A stretch of 64,000 nucleotides of DNA from Takakia lepidozioides. Its lineage: Eukaryota > Plantae > Bryophyta. Of the stretch, positions 24,050 through 36,670 are shown one piece after another (the first letter of the stretch is position 1; every line of letters begins with the position of its first letter). The notes below the pieces were generated by a model. The model was not told the DNA's origin, made no database searches, and saw only the letters and a program-made list of their open reading frames with translations. The position numbers and the translations under genes are program-made. The DNA is taken from contig CM060733.1 in the NCBI GenBank assembly GCA_030704615.1, positions 14,012,001 to 14,076,000 on the forward strand, given 5' to 3'.

Positions 24050-24636
24050 ATGGGGCCTTTGCCATGCACATCGAGCGCTCCTATATCAGTGTCTGCCACG
24101 GTTATTTCCAGAAGTTCCTCCAAGGTGGAGGACGACGTAGCTCCAGTTTTGGATGACAAGCGCCCGAGTCTGTGGCCGGGCATGTATCATTCTCCAGTGA
24201 CTGCAGTCCTGTGGCACGCAAGGTCCCACATTGTTGAGAGGGCATCGGATGAGTACCAAAATGGCCCCGTACAGAGAGAATTGCTTGACCGAACGCCCGC
24301 CCAGAGCCGAACCAGTATCCTGTATAGTTTCTCGACAGATCCCATTTTGAGGGAACAGTACCGCAACCCGTGGAACGCATGCCGAATTGGATTGCTTCTG
24401 GAGGACTTGGATGCTCTGGCGGGTACAATTGCGATGAAGGTAGAGTTTCAATTGCATGGGTTTCTGGAACTAGTCTGGTATCACCTTTGGTTGGCTACAG
24501 CTGCCACTGGCGTAGTAAATGAACGCCTGCAGCTTTTTGTTGGTACTGTGAGCTATGGATCTCAGTTGTTTAACTGCGATAAAAGATCAGAATTGGTTGT
24601 GGGCTTAAGGGCATGTTGTCCTTCAAGGGCGTCTTG

Positions 24637-24678
<42 letters not shown>

Positions 24679-26783
24679 AAGTGGGGCCTGTTCTAGCTGT
24701 TTCAGTAATTTCGTTTGTGTCTGACTTGTGCTGTGTTTCAAAGGCAGAAGGTGTCTATGCGTGCTGTCCATCAAACTAGAAAATTGCAAGTAGAGAGGGC
24801 TCCTGCGTGATGTCAATTTGTCGGTTTTTGGTGGGGCCTTGAAATGAAATCTGGAAAACAACAACCTTACATGCGGCAAGTATAAACCTGAAAGTAGGAA
24901 GGGCAATTGCTTCTTCATTTGATGGTGAGGAGAAGCTCAAAAATTGACAAAAAGCATGGGATCTCTTTATGCCAGCATTGTGCAGACGATGAAAGTACAA
25001 CCAGGCCCTTGTTGTTGGTGACCGCGTCAGTCGATAAAATTAGTATGAAGAAGGGGATACGTCTTGATGTCAATCTCAGCATTGCAGGGTCAGTTGCATG
25101 GGTTGGTCGGTCCTCCATGGAGATTCGCATGGAGGTTATACAACCTGTTCGCGGTATGCTCACTCCCCAAATCTTCTTAGCTGACCTCTGCTCAGGAATT
25201 GTCTTCATAAATGTCCTTCCAATGTTTTCTGTCAATTAAATGCCAATATTACTGGACTACTAACTAGATATCAGGAAGCCCATTTGTCCAAGCAACTGGT
25301 TTTTACACCTTGTAGGAGCAGGAGGCCCTTGTTTTAAATTAAAATTTGATTGTCCACAGAAGCAACAGATATGGATGATGTGGCATTGGTTGCAAACTTT
25401 ACATTTGTGGCACGGGACTCCGAAACCCAAAAAGCTGCCCCAGTGAACCGCTTGGTCCCACAGACTGAGGAGGAGAAACAGCTCTATGCGCAAGGGAAGG
25501 CCCGTGATGTTCTCCGAAAAAAACAAAGGATGAAGGAACAGAAGGAGGTCACCGATGACAACACAAGATACGAAGACAAGGAGAGGTTGAGGGATGTACT
25601 GGCAGAGGTCAGTCAAAAGTAGCCATGTCCAAAAGAAGCCATAAAAACTGTCTCATGTTCAAAAGAATTACTACAGCTTCACAGCTTGTGTTTATGATGG
25701 CATGTATTTTCCTAGACCAGTGTTATGATCCAATCATCACAAATGTCCCTTCTTTTTTGCCAGGGGAGAGTTATGGTTGAGATGCCAGCCCTGGCTGACC
25801 GAAACAGTATTTTGATCAGAGATACGCGATTGGAGAATTCAATCATCTGTCAACCACAGCAGCGCAACATGCACGGCCGCATTTTTGGTGGTTTCCTGAT
25901 GCGACGGGCTTATGAGCTCGCATTTTCAACATGCTATGTTTTTGGCGGCATCCGGCCGCTCTTTCTAGAAGTCGACCATGTGGACTTCCGACGGCCGGTA
26001 GAGACCTACCCTACTTCAGTTTCTCAAGCAATAGTAATATATCCTAGTCAACTACTCTAAGTAGCTACTGTTAGATAGAAAGAGCTTTCATGCTATGTGT
26101 GTGCTGCCTTCATTCTGTCTTCCAGGCTTCAAGATGCTGATGAGGAGTTGTTCCCCGTATTTTGGGTCTTAATGGAGGAAGTTGCATAGCACTTCGCATT
26201 GCATTCAATATTCCCGCAAATCTACTGAAATGTATTGCTGTACAAAAATGGGGGGTCAACTTCGAATTCATAGACAGCCATGATGTATTAACCAGTGCAA
26301 CATCTCACTTGTGGTCTGAAGTTGCACTTAACAAGTATGTGTTAGCTGGATTTGCAGGTAGATGTGGGGGACTTGCTCCACTTCAAGTCGTGTGTGCTTT
26401 ACACAGAGACAGAAAGGATGCATCAGCCTCTCATCCATGTTGAAGTTGTGGCATATGTTACACAACCCGAAATACGGTCCGTGGAGGTATGAAAATGGGG
26501 GGTGGCCTTAATGCTAAGCAGGAAGCTGTAATGCCATGGTTACATGCTAGATGGCAGTGGTGACATAGAAAGGAAATTGAGTGAGAGGCTCTGGCTGATA
26601 GCGTTCTTGTATTTTTTGCAGGTGTCCAACACATTCTATTTTACATTTTCACTTCATCCTGAGTTTGTGAAAATACAGAGCCCCATTCGCAGAGTGCTGC
26701 TTGCTTCAGAGGAAGAAGGACGCTGCTATCTTGCTCGATACGATGCCGATCATCTGGTTGACCATCCCTTGCTCCAATCTTAG
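24050..26783 (+). CDS. Acyl-CoA thioesterase 9-like (double hotdog-fold thioesterase)
   Basis: Exons 24050-24439, 24976-25153, 25360-25607, 25764-25997, 26358-26486, 26622-26783. Motifs LREQYRNPWNACRIGLLLEDLDALAG, LLVTASVDKI, WVGRSSMEI, ANFTFVARD, QRNMHGRIFGGFLMRRAYELAF, F..PVDVGDLL, SNTFYFTF. A possible upstream exon 23771-23802 splices in phase to 24019 and would extend the N-terminus. Confidence 0.9.
24639..24675. repeat. (CT)n microsatellite in intron 1 of the thioesterase gene
   Basis: Directly visible CT dinucleotide run. Confidence 0.9.
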
Positions 26784-28772
26784 CCCTTCCCTGCATATTT
26801 TTCATTCTTTTCGACCAAGGGCCTCAAATTTTATTTTTCCTTCATAATCCTTTACAAAGTGGGGAGAAAAAACCAAAAAGAACTGTGCATGATTCTAACA
26901 CCATTCTGTTTCTTCCCACTCACTATCCTTCATATTCACATTGTTGACTTAAGGAGGTCTTTGGTTAAGCCTGCATCTATACCACATGTTATGTCAGTGT
27001 GGAATGGTAGAGGCAATGATCGTATGTACAAAGTATATGAATGACAGTCTAAGTGCTGGACAAGAAAGTGGGATCAGCAAAAAAATTGTTTATTGTGAAG
27101 CTATACTCATTAAGTAGTTTATGTACCATGATTTGCTGCTCGGCGTAGTAGTCCAATGGGAGAGTCTGAAAGGTTTTGAATCAGATCTTGAAGCTCCAGG
27201 TAATTTCACCACTGAGAGGCCACTGGGAGACCAACATCAGGCCACTGTGGAGGCTAGATTCAGGGGAGGACTTGTGGATAAGATCTGGGTGCATTTGGTT
27301 CGCTTTAGGTAGCAAGTAATGTAAGATGGGATGGTATAAGGCCCTTCTATCTGTAAATTAGTAGTGATTGTCGAGTAGTGTTTGATTGCTAGGTACATGT
27401 ATCAAAGTTTTGCAGTTTTGAGGTCTTCTTGGCTTTTTGGACAATTTGAAGTCTTCAAAACGGGCGTGTCAATCAAACCCAAAGTATACATTCTCAAATG
27501 CCCAGGAGGAAATCTGGCAACAGATCCTGTCAGATGCTAAGTCAGCTCTGAATTTTCTCATCTCCGTGACCCTGAGAATAGGTCATCTTAGACTTGCAGA
27601 ATTCTTTGTGGTGTGACAGAGAGTATCTATCTGTAATCCTTCAGGGTGTGCAGTTCCACACTTGAAGTTGCTCCCAACTCAGGTCTGGCTGTCCTTAGAG
27701 GGCTAAAGGCCTTGCAGCAGTTGGAGAGCCTGCTTGAATCATGCGACTGTCCCTTCTTTTTGGTAAATTTCCATCAGGAGTATGCATCATGTCTTCCAAT
27801 CCCTTGGTTGCAGGACAAGGAGAGAGAACTACACAATTGGAGCTGAAGAAAGACTTTGATTAAGAATGCCGCATCTCTTGCTGGGGGGCTACTATGTCTG
27901 AAAGGTTGTATCAGTGAAATGTGGTGCAAGAGGACTGCCCCAAAACTTTGGATTCCCATGGTGCAAAAACAGCGAGGTGTTTGATGGAGGACTCATTAAC
28001 TAATGTTGGAACACTAGTAACTTTTATTGAACAAAACCCCAGCTGCAGTTGGCAACCCTGTTGATGCCATTTTGCTCCTACAATCAAATATGGCAGCCGT
28101 GATAAAGAGCAATACTACACAGGCAATGAACTTTGTATGGGTTCCCTATGGCAGGGATTGCAACCTGTAGTGTATTGGAAAAGGAGGCCATAGTGCTAAT
28201 GCTTACCATTCAACAAACCATGTCTATGACAGCCTATATTTATCTTACTAAATGTCAACATTTATCTCTCTCTTGGTGAAACAATTTGCAATGAGAGAAT
28301 CAAAGACAATTTGAGTGGAATACTCGGATCACTGACCAAGCATGTGCACTGCAATTTGCAAAAGACTGATGTTATGGAGAAAATGAGAGAAAATTTGGGA
28401 GTCATGTGGAAGTAATAAGCGTAAGTTACTATAACGGGAGTTGTAGACTGTTTCTAAGTAAAATTCATACAGAGAGGAAGGAGCATCCTTTTCTGTGCAC
28501 TTAGATTGGATGTCCCAGAATATAGGTAAGAAAATGTTGGGAAACCCTTAACGCATCTTCTTTCGCTCTTTCTTTCTCTCTCTCTCTCTCTCTCGCTCGC
28601 GCTTTGTCTGCGTGTGGGTTCTCTTGCCACACCATACCGTTCATTGGCTGTCGTGGGCGATCACATCTATGAGCACGCAAGTGTAGAGGTTTCATCAATT
28701 GTTTGCTCTTGTGGGTCGATCTCTTCTTGTTGATTACTTGAATTTTGTGTGAGCTTCCTCTCTTTCTCTACC

Positions 28773-29525
28773 ATGTCGAGGCGCTATGACAGCAGAACGA
28801 CCATCTTCTCTCCAGAGGGGAGGCTGTACCAAGTTGAGTATGCCATGGAGGCGATCAGCAACGCTGGAGCAGCCATTGGGGTGCTCGCCAAGGATGGGGT
28901 TATCTTGGCTGCCGAGAAGCGAGTGACCTCCAAGCTGCTGGCGACAACCAAATCGACTGAGAAGATGTATAAGATCGATGACCATTTGGCATGCGCGGTG
29001 GCAGGAATCATGGCGGACGCCAACATCCTCATCAATACCGCTCGCTTGCAAGCGCAACGCTACACCCTGGCATACCAAGAGCCGATTCCCGTTGAGCAAC
29101 TGGTGCAGTCCCTGTGTGATACCAAGCAGGGTTACACCCAGTTCGGTGGGCTTCGACCTTTCGGAGTCTCATTCCTGTTTGCAGGCTACGACAAGAATTT
29201 TGGATTCCAGCTTTACATGAGCGATCCCAGTGGCAATTATGGAGGCTGGAAGGCAGGGGCCATCGGCGCAAACAATCAGGCGGCGCAGTCGATGCTAAAG
29301 CAGGACTTCAAGGACGACATCACAAGAGAGGAGGCTGTGCAGCTGGCTTTAAAGGTACTAAGCAAGACCATGGATAGCACCACTCTTTCCGCCGAAAAAC
29401 TAGAGCTTGCGGAAGTCAGTCTCACACCTGAGGGGACAGTACAGTATCAGGTCTGTACTCCGGTCAAGCTGAACAAATTACTCGTGAAATTCGGTATTAC
29501 GCAGGCAACAACAGAGGAGACCTAA
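28773..29525 (+). CDS. PAC1: 20S proteasome subunit alpha-3 (alpha type-4, PSMA4 orthologue), intronless
   Basis: [32 protein letters not shown]... alpha-subunit signature and [22 protein letters not shown]; 250 aa; the true ATG is at 28773 inside the GTG-started ORF. Confidence 0.97.
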   Translation: MSRRYDSRTTIFSPEGRLYQVEYAMEAISNAGAAIGVLAKDGVILAAEKRVTSKLLATTKSTEKMYKIDDHLACAVAGIMADANILINTARLQAQRYTLAYQEPIPVEQLVQSLCDTKQGYTQFGGLRPFGVSFLFAGYDKNFGFQLYMSDPSGNYGGWKAGAIGANNQAAQSMLKQDFKDDITREEAVQLALKVLSKTMDSTTLSAEKLELAEVSLTPEGTVQYQVCTPVKLNKLLVKFGITQATTEET

Positions 29526-30689
29526 ACGTTAGGGCAAGTAAGAGTTGTGGGACGTGGTGTAGTGGCTCACTGAATTGTGTTTTCCTCCTTTTTACTTGCG
29601 CCTCATCTGGGCCCAAGTCTGATAATATTTTTTCATTCGATGCACACAGTTCATATCTTTATCCATCTTGCATTGTGAGTCAGCGGGGTTGGGTGAATTG
29701 AGCTCTTCACATGTCAAACTAGGACTCTTTCACTGCAGTTCCGGATTCAACCTTCCTGTCAACCCACATCAGACAAGAGAGGGAGGAGGAAGAGGTGTAA
29801 AATCTACAGGTTAGGGTTTCCAGTAGCCAGTCTAAAACTCTGGCTTTCTGTTGGTGTACATGTTTGTGATTCCTCTCTATGAGAGGTTTTGCTGCTGGAG
29901 CCACATAGGTAGTCAGTATGTCTGCTTGGGGTGCCCTACTCGGTCATTGGAAAGTAGCACGTATGGCAGGTTAGCAGAGTGGGGAGACATTATTCCTGAA
30001 CAGGAGAGGTTATTAGAACACCATTATTTGCACACGGGTGCTCTTCACATTGACACTGTCAACTTGGAGAGGTCCTGTATGATCTTGGGTCAATTCTGTC
30101 TTTAATACTTTGGAGGTCAGATTCAACACAGCACATCTTAGCATGATAAAAATACTAATCTTGCACTGAATACAGATTGCATCAGCCAGATTCATACTGC
30201 CCCCAGGCAAAAATTCAACAGATTTTGTTTAATGACCGTGCTAGGGATCAGACAGCCCTGCTTCAATTCCTCAAAAGCACATTCCACTATGCAGAATTTC
30301 TTAGAGTCCATACTGGGAATCAGACAGCTGTGCTGCAGTCCATCAATAACACTCCCCTCTCTCTCTCCTTCAGCTGGAGTCATCCTCTTCCAGTCAATGC
30401 AAGTTACTGGACAAAGTATATTTTACCAAAGCTGTGCAACTATTTGGATGGAGATCTTCAATGCACTGTTGATGCAGGGGTTTGTTGCAAGATGGATAGA
30501 TGAAAATCCACACTAGCAGCAGTAATCCAAAGATGCAATTCGTGATACATTGCAGACTGATTCAAGACATCAGCCAACTCTTTTCCATGCATGAATTCAT
30601 ACAAGTGTTCTATTTGCAAGTACAGTTTGGATCTACAATGCACGCGATTGCTTTCAACCCAAGCAGAGTCACACAATAAAGTTATCCGG

Positions 30690-31170
30690 AAAGTGCCAAA
30701 AACTGGGGACAGAGTACCCCGAGTTTGGTTTGGTCAAAAGGGGGGACCAAAGTGGGGACCAAACTCATACAAAGGAAAAAAATATGGGATGAAACTAGTT
30801 TTCTCACCAAAACTGGGGGTCAAACTAGTTTCAAACCCAGTTTGGGTTTTGCTGAGCTCCACGCCTGTGTGATGCCGAGCGACCTGCGAGCAAGGAAGCT
30901 GGGAGATAATGTCGAGGAGTACGACTCATGCCCAGTTTGGTAAACTCGTGCCCAATTTGAGTGGGGATGAAACACAAGCCTCCAGATCATTTCAAGGAGT
31001 AGGTCTCATGCTCAATTTGACCAACTTGTGCCTAGTTTGGCAAACTCGCGCCCAATTTTGCTGACTTTACGTTTGCACTCAACCTGGGATGAGAGGTCCA
31101 AACTGGGCATGACTTCAAGGATAACTTTAGTGTTCCACCCAAAGACAAACTTCACCTCCATGGAGTTGTT
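30690..31170. repeat. Palindrome-rich segment, possible MITE or DNA transposon remnant
   Basis: Recurrent CCAAA(A)CTGGG/CCCAGTTTGG, GAGTTTGGT...ACCAAACTC and AAACTAGTTT motifs in both orientations; termini not resolved. Confidence 0.35.
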
Positions 31171-32099
31171 CTCTCCATTATTACTTTTATTAATAGATGT
31201 GCGACGCCCCGCCCTAGGGTATCTCATATAAATTAGCTCTTGAAGGTGCTGGTGGCCCGGCTAGTAAGGGTAGCATGGTGGTTTGGGGCGGGGCTTTTTT
31301 TTCATTTTGGCTAAGAAGCGTAGATGGCTACAAAATTTGAAGGCTAAGTGCAAAGGTGGCGATGACATAGATGCTTAGCTAAAAATCAACTGGCTACAGG
31401 CTATTTCATTTGCATGCAATATGGCGATTTGAGCCCACTCACAAATCTGAAATCTAAAATAATTAATCAAAGAAGTCCAAAGATGGCCAGCAAAAAACCA
31501 TAGCCTCAATTTCAAATAGCAAGGGTCCAGGTCGTGCTCCATGGCGAGATCTCCACCGTCGATCGCGCAATGGGGCGACAGCCGCTAGATGTAGGGCTGT
31601 GGGGAACGTGTATTTCTGGCGCAACACGCATGTTACCCTGGAGCTTTCTGGCACCAGCCCGCGCCCCTATTTTCTGGCGCATTTTTTTATTTTTTTCCCA
31701 GGATTTTACGTAGGGCTGTCGCAACCCTTTGTTTTTTATCGCTTTTAGGCTCCATTTCGCCTAAAAAAGAAGCGCTGGTTTGGGGTGGCCCCGCCGCGAC
31801 CCAGGCCGGGGTCCAATGAGGTAGGGTCTGCTGGCCCCTACCTGACCAGGTCCAATGAGGTAGGGTCCACAGGATCCTGCAGCAAAGGTGGGTCCACCCT
31901 CCTAGGGCAGAGTGGGGCTCCAACCTAAATAAAATAAAATAAAAAATTCCAGGCCATTATCTAAAAACTTGATGGCATAGTAACAAGCATAAGGTATGTG
32001 GTTGGGTGCATTGAATGATATTAGTGAGGTTATGGGTTCAATTTTGGCTGGCGCTGCATGTGCATTAGTGGGCGAGTTTTTCCAAAAACAATTTGAAGT

Positions 32100-32340
32100 C
32101 CTTGAGGGCGGGGCGGGTTGTGGCGCGGCGAGTGGACCTGAACCCGCGAGTAGACCCTACAAGTGGACCCGCGGCGAGCGGACCCGAACCGCGAGGGGCG
32201 GGGCTAGTGGACCTGGACCTGCCGGTAGACCTTACAATTGGACCCGCAACGAGCGGACCCGGACCCGCGAATAGACCCTACAATTGGACCGCGAGTAGAC
32301 TCGGACCGCGAGTGGACCCGCCCGGTGGTCGCCCGGCGGG
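32100..32340. repeat. GC-rich degenerate tandem repeats (GGACCCG / GAGTAGACCCTACAA.TGGACC), resembling DNA-transposon subterminal repeats
   Basis: Repeated GAG(T/C)GGACC(C/T)G and TAGACCCTACAA(G/T)TGGACC units; the overlapping repetitive ORFs are by-products of the repeat. Confidence 0.6.
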
Positions 32341-32604
32341 GGGGGGCGGGGGTGGCCCACACGTGAGACTTCAAGACCCAATTAATCTAAAATGAGAGCC
32401 CGCCATAGCAAACTATAAAACCATACATGTTTTTAGGAAAATCAATGTATGTCATCTTGCGACGAAATAGTATCGCAAGCTAACCATGGGCCTGGACAGA
32501 GTTGTGTCTTTTTTTGGGATGTCGTAAACCCCGCCTTTAAACGGTGTAATGCTCGGTCATATGATGTAATCATTTCATCCAAATTTTTAGTGTAGGGTAA
32601 GCCT

Positions 32605-32736
32605 CCGAGTGAAGGGGATTACCAAAATGAGTCCCACCACGAGGCGGTAGCCGAGTAAAGGGGATTACCGAAATGAGCCCCACCACGAGGAGGTGGCCGA
32701 GTGAAGGGGATTACCGAAATGAGTCCCACCATGAGG
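32605..32736. repeat. 46-bp tandem repeat, 3 copies
   Basis: CCGAGT(G/A)AAGGGGATTACC(A/G)AAATGAG(T/C)CCCACCA(C/T)GAGG.. units start at 32605, 32651 and 32697. Confidence 0.92.
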
Positions 32737-33469
32737 CTGAGTGATAGGGCGAGTATAGGTAATCCCGACACGAGGAGGCTTAGTACCGTGCGTGAAAAAC
32801 GCAAGGAGCAAGGAGCTGTTGTAATGCATTGGCCAGCCAGGCACGTAGATTATAAGATTCTGATCACTGCCACAGCCTTGGACGGTGGATTCACATGTTT
32901 AAGCTCACCGGTTTCCTTCGAGGCAAAAAACTGAAAGTTCTTTACGATTTTGTATTGAGATCAACAATAAATAGAACGGATTGGCAAGGATTGGCAGACT
33001 GGGCTGGGATGAGCTTTTAGGGTTGATTTTTTTCCAAGGAAATAAAGAAAAAAACATAAAGAGGTATGGAGATCCAATCAGTGGGGAGTTTTATGTTTTT
33101 GAGCAGTACACAAGTGTCTGGACATTGGTGATACTACCAAATTGCATTTTTGTACAATCTGTGAGGTCCGAATGCTTGGGTTGCTCTTATCTGACGCATA
33201 ATGCAATAAGCAAAATAGAATTAACATCTAAAATTTCATGTGATGATTAAAACGATACACGCCTTCATCTGGAAGAAACAATTCTATATACTACACTACT
33301 CTGAAGACGCGATTTGAGCGCAGATGAGATCATCATGTTCTTCTGCAGTAAAGTTCAGCTTTATGGTGCGTAATTCAATGAACAACATGCAATGCAACAC
33401 ATAGATAGAGGCACACATAGAGGAGATGATCACAAGGTGACGAACGTCAAGCATGCAGAAAGCACATCA

Positions 33470-34100
33470 CTTCAAACCACTCTCTCAAAACCATTGGGTT
33501 GAGAGTGATAGGGGACTATGGTAACATGTTTTATGCCAAAGTTGAAGCATATCACGGTCAAGGGTTGATTGCAAAATTCCTTGTCTTGGTTAGTAAGTAT
33601 CTCAAAAAGACAACCATGCCAAAAGACAATCTCATCAAAGAAGAAGTGGGCAACCGAGTCAGAATCATTGATGATCAAAGGACGGACTTTTACCCACTTG
33701 GTCAAGTAGTCTGTAGCCACACAGAGAGAGCTATGTCCCTTTGACGTGAGTGCGAGAGGTCCCACCAATTCTACACGGGCAAAAGCATGTGTGATAGACA
33801 AATGTTGCAATTTATAAAATCCCCATCGTAGGAAGCGCAAGGTTAGGGCAACATGTCTCACACTTAGAGATGTAGGCTGTCATATCATGTTGAATTCTCT
33901 TCCAGTAATCACTTCTTGAATGCGAGCAATGGTCTTCTTGATCCCAAAATATCCCACATGCAAAAAAGAGTGAAAACGTTCCAACAAAGTATCTAACTGG
34001 CTTCGTGCTGATACCTCCATGAAGCAATGGCTTCCATTCCTGGTACGCTAGTTGAAGAGTTGCCCATTCATGCAACAATGAGCTGATCATCCATGACAAC
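33470..34100 (-). mobile_element. Degenerate Ty3/Gypsy integrase remnant
   Basis: ELVGPL..TSKG....VATDYLTKW...IVFWHG..EILTNQDKEFCN...YHSQPNG.ER core, preceded by YW..IQHD..AYISKCETC zinc-binding region. Confidence 0.8.
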
Positions 34101-36670
34101 CCTGTATATAAGCGGGTTCAATGGGTTTAGCAAGGGTGGAATGGAGTACCTGCCTCGTGTTATCTCCAGCCACTAAGTCCTTACCTCATTTGAAACGGCT
34201 TATGGGAAGGCTAATCAGGCCTTAAAGCTTTGCCAAAATCCACACCGAAGTACAGCAGTACCCACACAGTTGAAATTCGAAGATGTGTAGGCCCAATGGG
34301 GCCCTTCAAAAGTATCAAGAAGAAGTGGACTTGCCTCTGCGTATTCCCCTGCAATCATGAGAAGTAGGGCAGCAACAGGTACACGTTCAATCTGCTCAAT
34401 TGTTCTGTGGCTGTTTTTATGTGTATGAGGGTTCTCACGTCTTTTGCACCTCAGTGTCTAATCTGTCTTTCAGTACATGACATTGGGTCATTGTCCAGTA
34501 GTCCTTGTTGGGAATGTACTGGCAAATGCATGTAATAGTCGGTAGTGACAGTCATAGTTGGTAGTCATAGTCGGTACCGACTGTGGGATGGGGTTGGGGT
34601 AGTTGGGAGTCATAGTCGGTAACGATTATTGGACGAGGAGGGGTAGTTGGGAGTCATAGTCAGGAATGATTATTGGACAGGGTAGGGGTAGGGATGAGTT
34701 TGACGCGATGAATTCAAGGTTTAGATGGTGGGGTCAGCTGCAATATATGACTAATACCACTAAGTTACCCACTCTATATCTTTGGAAACATGAGCACTTT
34801 GTCGACCAGGCTACGTCCTAGCGGAAGAGGGTAGAAGAGTTTTTCAAGGGTCTGGATCTAAGTCCACAAGCCATGACCCTGCTGAATAAATTTGACCTAG
34901 AGGCTGAACCATCTACCCATGCAGTTTTCTTATGGCTATCGACCCATAGGGAATCATAGATAGTTTGTTGGTAGCAGCTATTCTAGCAAACACCCCAACC
35001 CTACATATCACACATAAGATCCTATGGTGCAAGACTCAAAAAGTGTGCTGGGGAGAGAGAAGATGCAAAGCTTTGCATTGCATCTTCTACTTCTCTTTGG
35101 AGTCTAACGGACATTCACCTTTTTGCCTCAATTGTCCCACCATTGACTGGGGTAAAAAAAACATTGGCTTCTCCTCGAAGGCTTCTCCTCATGAGATTTG
35201 GTGGTTTATGATGGAATATCAAAACGAGATTCATGAAACATTGGCCAAACATACTTGTCCACATGGAAATGCACAAGAATTCATCCCTCTACTCTCTAGG
35301 ATCTTGATGTGAATCTTGTTGTGTATTGCTTTGGTCTATTAGAACATGATGTTGTATGGGGTATTGGAAATGGTCAATAATAAGCTTGTAAATGACTTTG
35401 AGAGATACTAGCTCCGAATGCAATAACTCAAAAATGTGATAATTGATAGTGATGATGGTGAGGAAAAAATAACCTCGATAGGGCCATAAGGCATTACAAT
35501 CGTGGGGAGTCTCACAGGGCAGCCACAACGGGCGGCTAGAAACATTACTGGTTCATTTTGAGTAACAGGGCCTCCACCCCCTTTCATTTAAAAAATAAAA
35601 CTAAAATAAAATAACTTAAAAAAAATAAAAAAATAAAGCTGATGGTGAAATATTGAGATTTCTACGTCAATTGAAAAATTTATGGATTTGTAGGTAATAA
35701 GATCACACTTTCAAAAAACACCATTAAAATTGAATTATATAGGTCACACAGAGATCTTTCAAGGAGTAGAAAATGTCGTTCACCAAAGCTAGCCTTATGG
35801 CCCCCAACCTCGCGAAATTTTGACTCTCAAACTCAAGATCATAACGTTTTAGTTGGGTGAAAAATCCTTTCTTATGTGTTGATAAGCTTTTTTGGATAGT
35901 TTTTCTATTGATTTTTTCTCTCAGTTTTATTTGAGGATGAAGTATAGCAAGTGTAGCCCCCACTCCATCAACACGACTGCCTTCCGTCCTTTTGGGATCT
36001 AGACACAATCAGTGAACAAAAGTTTAGGGCCTTCGTGCAATTCTCACCAAAAGAAACCAAAAACAATTGTGAATGGGTACTTCCTGGCCAGTGGGGTTAG
36101 GTCCCAACCACATGAATCTTGATGCGACAGGCCCTAACAATAAAGAATCATTGACAACATAACATCCTTCCTTGAGATGTGTACTTCGATCGACCTTAGT
36201 ATCCATTTGAAAGTGAAAGTGTGGGGTGATGTGGCGTATAAATATAATATACAATGGACACAAACATGGCACAAGGTTCTGCACTCTCTCCCGTTTTGAC
36301 TATCTACTTTGTTGACAGATCCTAGACCAGCCATAGTCCTTTCAAAATGACCTCTTGGTGACAGAACACCCCATGAGTTATGGAAACCTCTCTCACATAG
36401 CAACCTCTCTCACATATGGCTTTTCGATCACACTTTCAATTGACGGACACACACACAGAGACACAATCTCTCTCTTTCTCTCTCTAACTAATCCTTCCTC
36501 AAGGTCTAGGGGCAACAACAGCTGGCCATGAGCACAATCCACTGCTTCCTGTCTCAGCTTCAGCCTGCTGCTAGCCAATGCTCTAGGTTACATTGACTGA
36601 AAACCTTGACAAGACCAGGAGCCTTCCTTTTCAGCCTTTGTATCTGCTAGCTGAGCTGATAAGAAGGAAA

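Noticed and set aside
28773-29525. Intronless proteasome gene as a retrocopy
   Set aside because: The ORF is intact and, to my knowledge, plant alpha-3 (PAC1) coding regions are normally intronless; no poly(A) remnant or TSD seen.
31980-32070. tRNA gene or SINE head (GGGTTCAATT)
   Set aside because: Degenerate B-box only; no cloverleaf, tail or TSD.
31996-32395. Repetitive GC-rich ORFs (92-100 aa) as proteins
   Set aside because: They are by-products of short DNA repeats that are open in several frames; no domain or splice structure.
32605-32736. CRISPR-like array
   Set aside because: The units are contiguous 46-bp repeats with no unique spacers, in a eukaryotic context with no cas genes.
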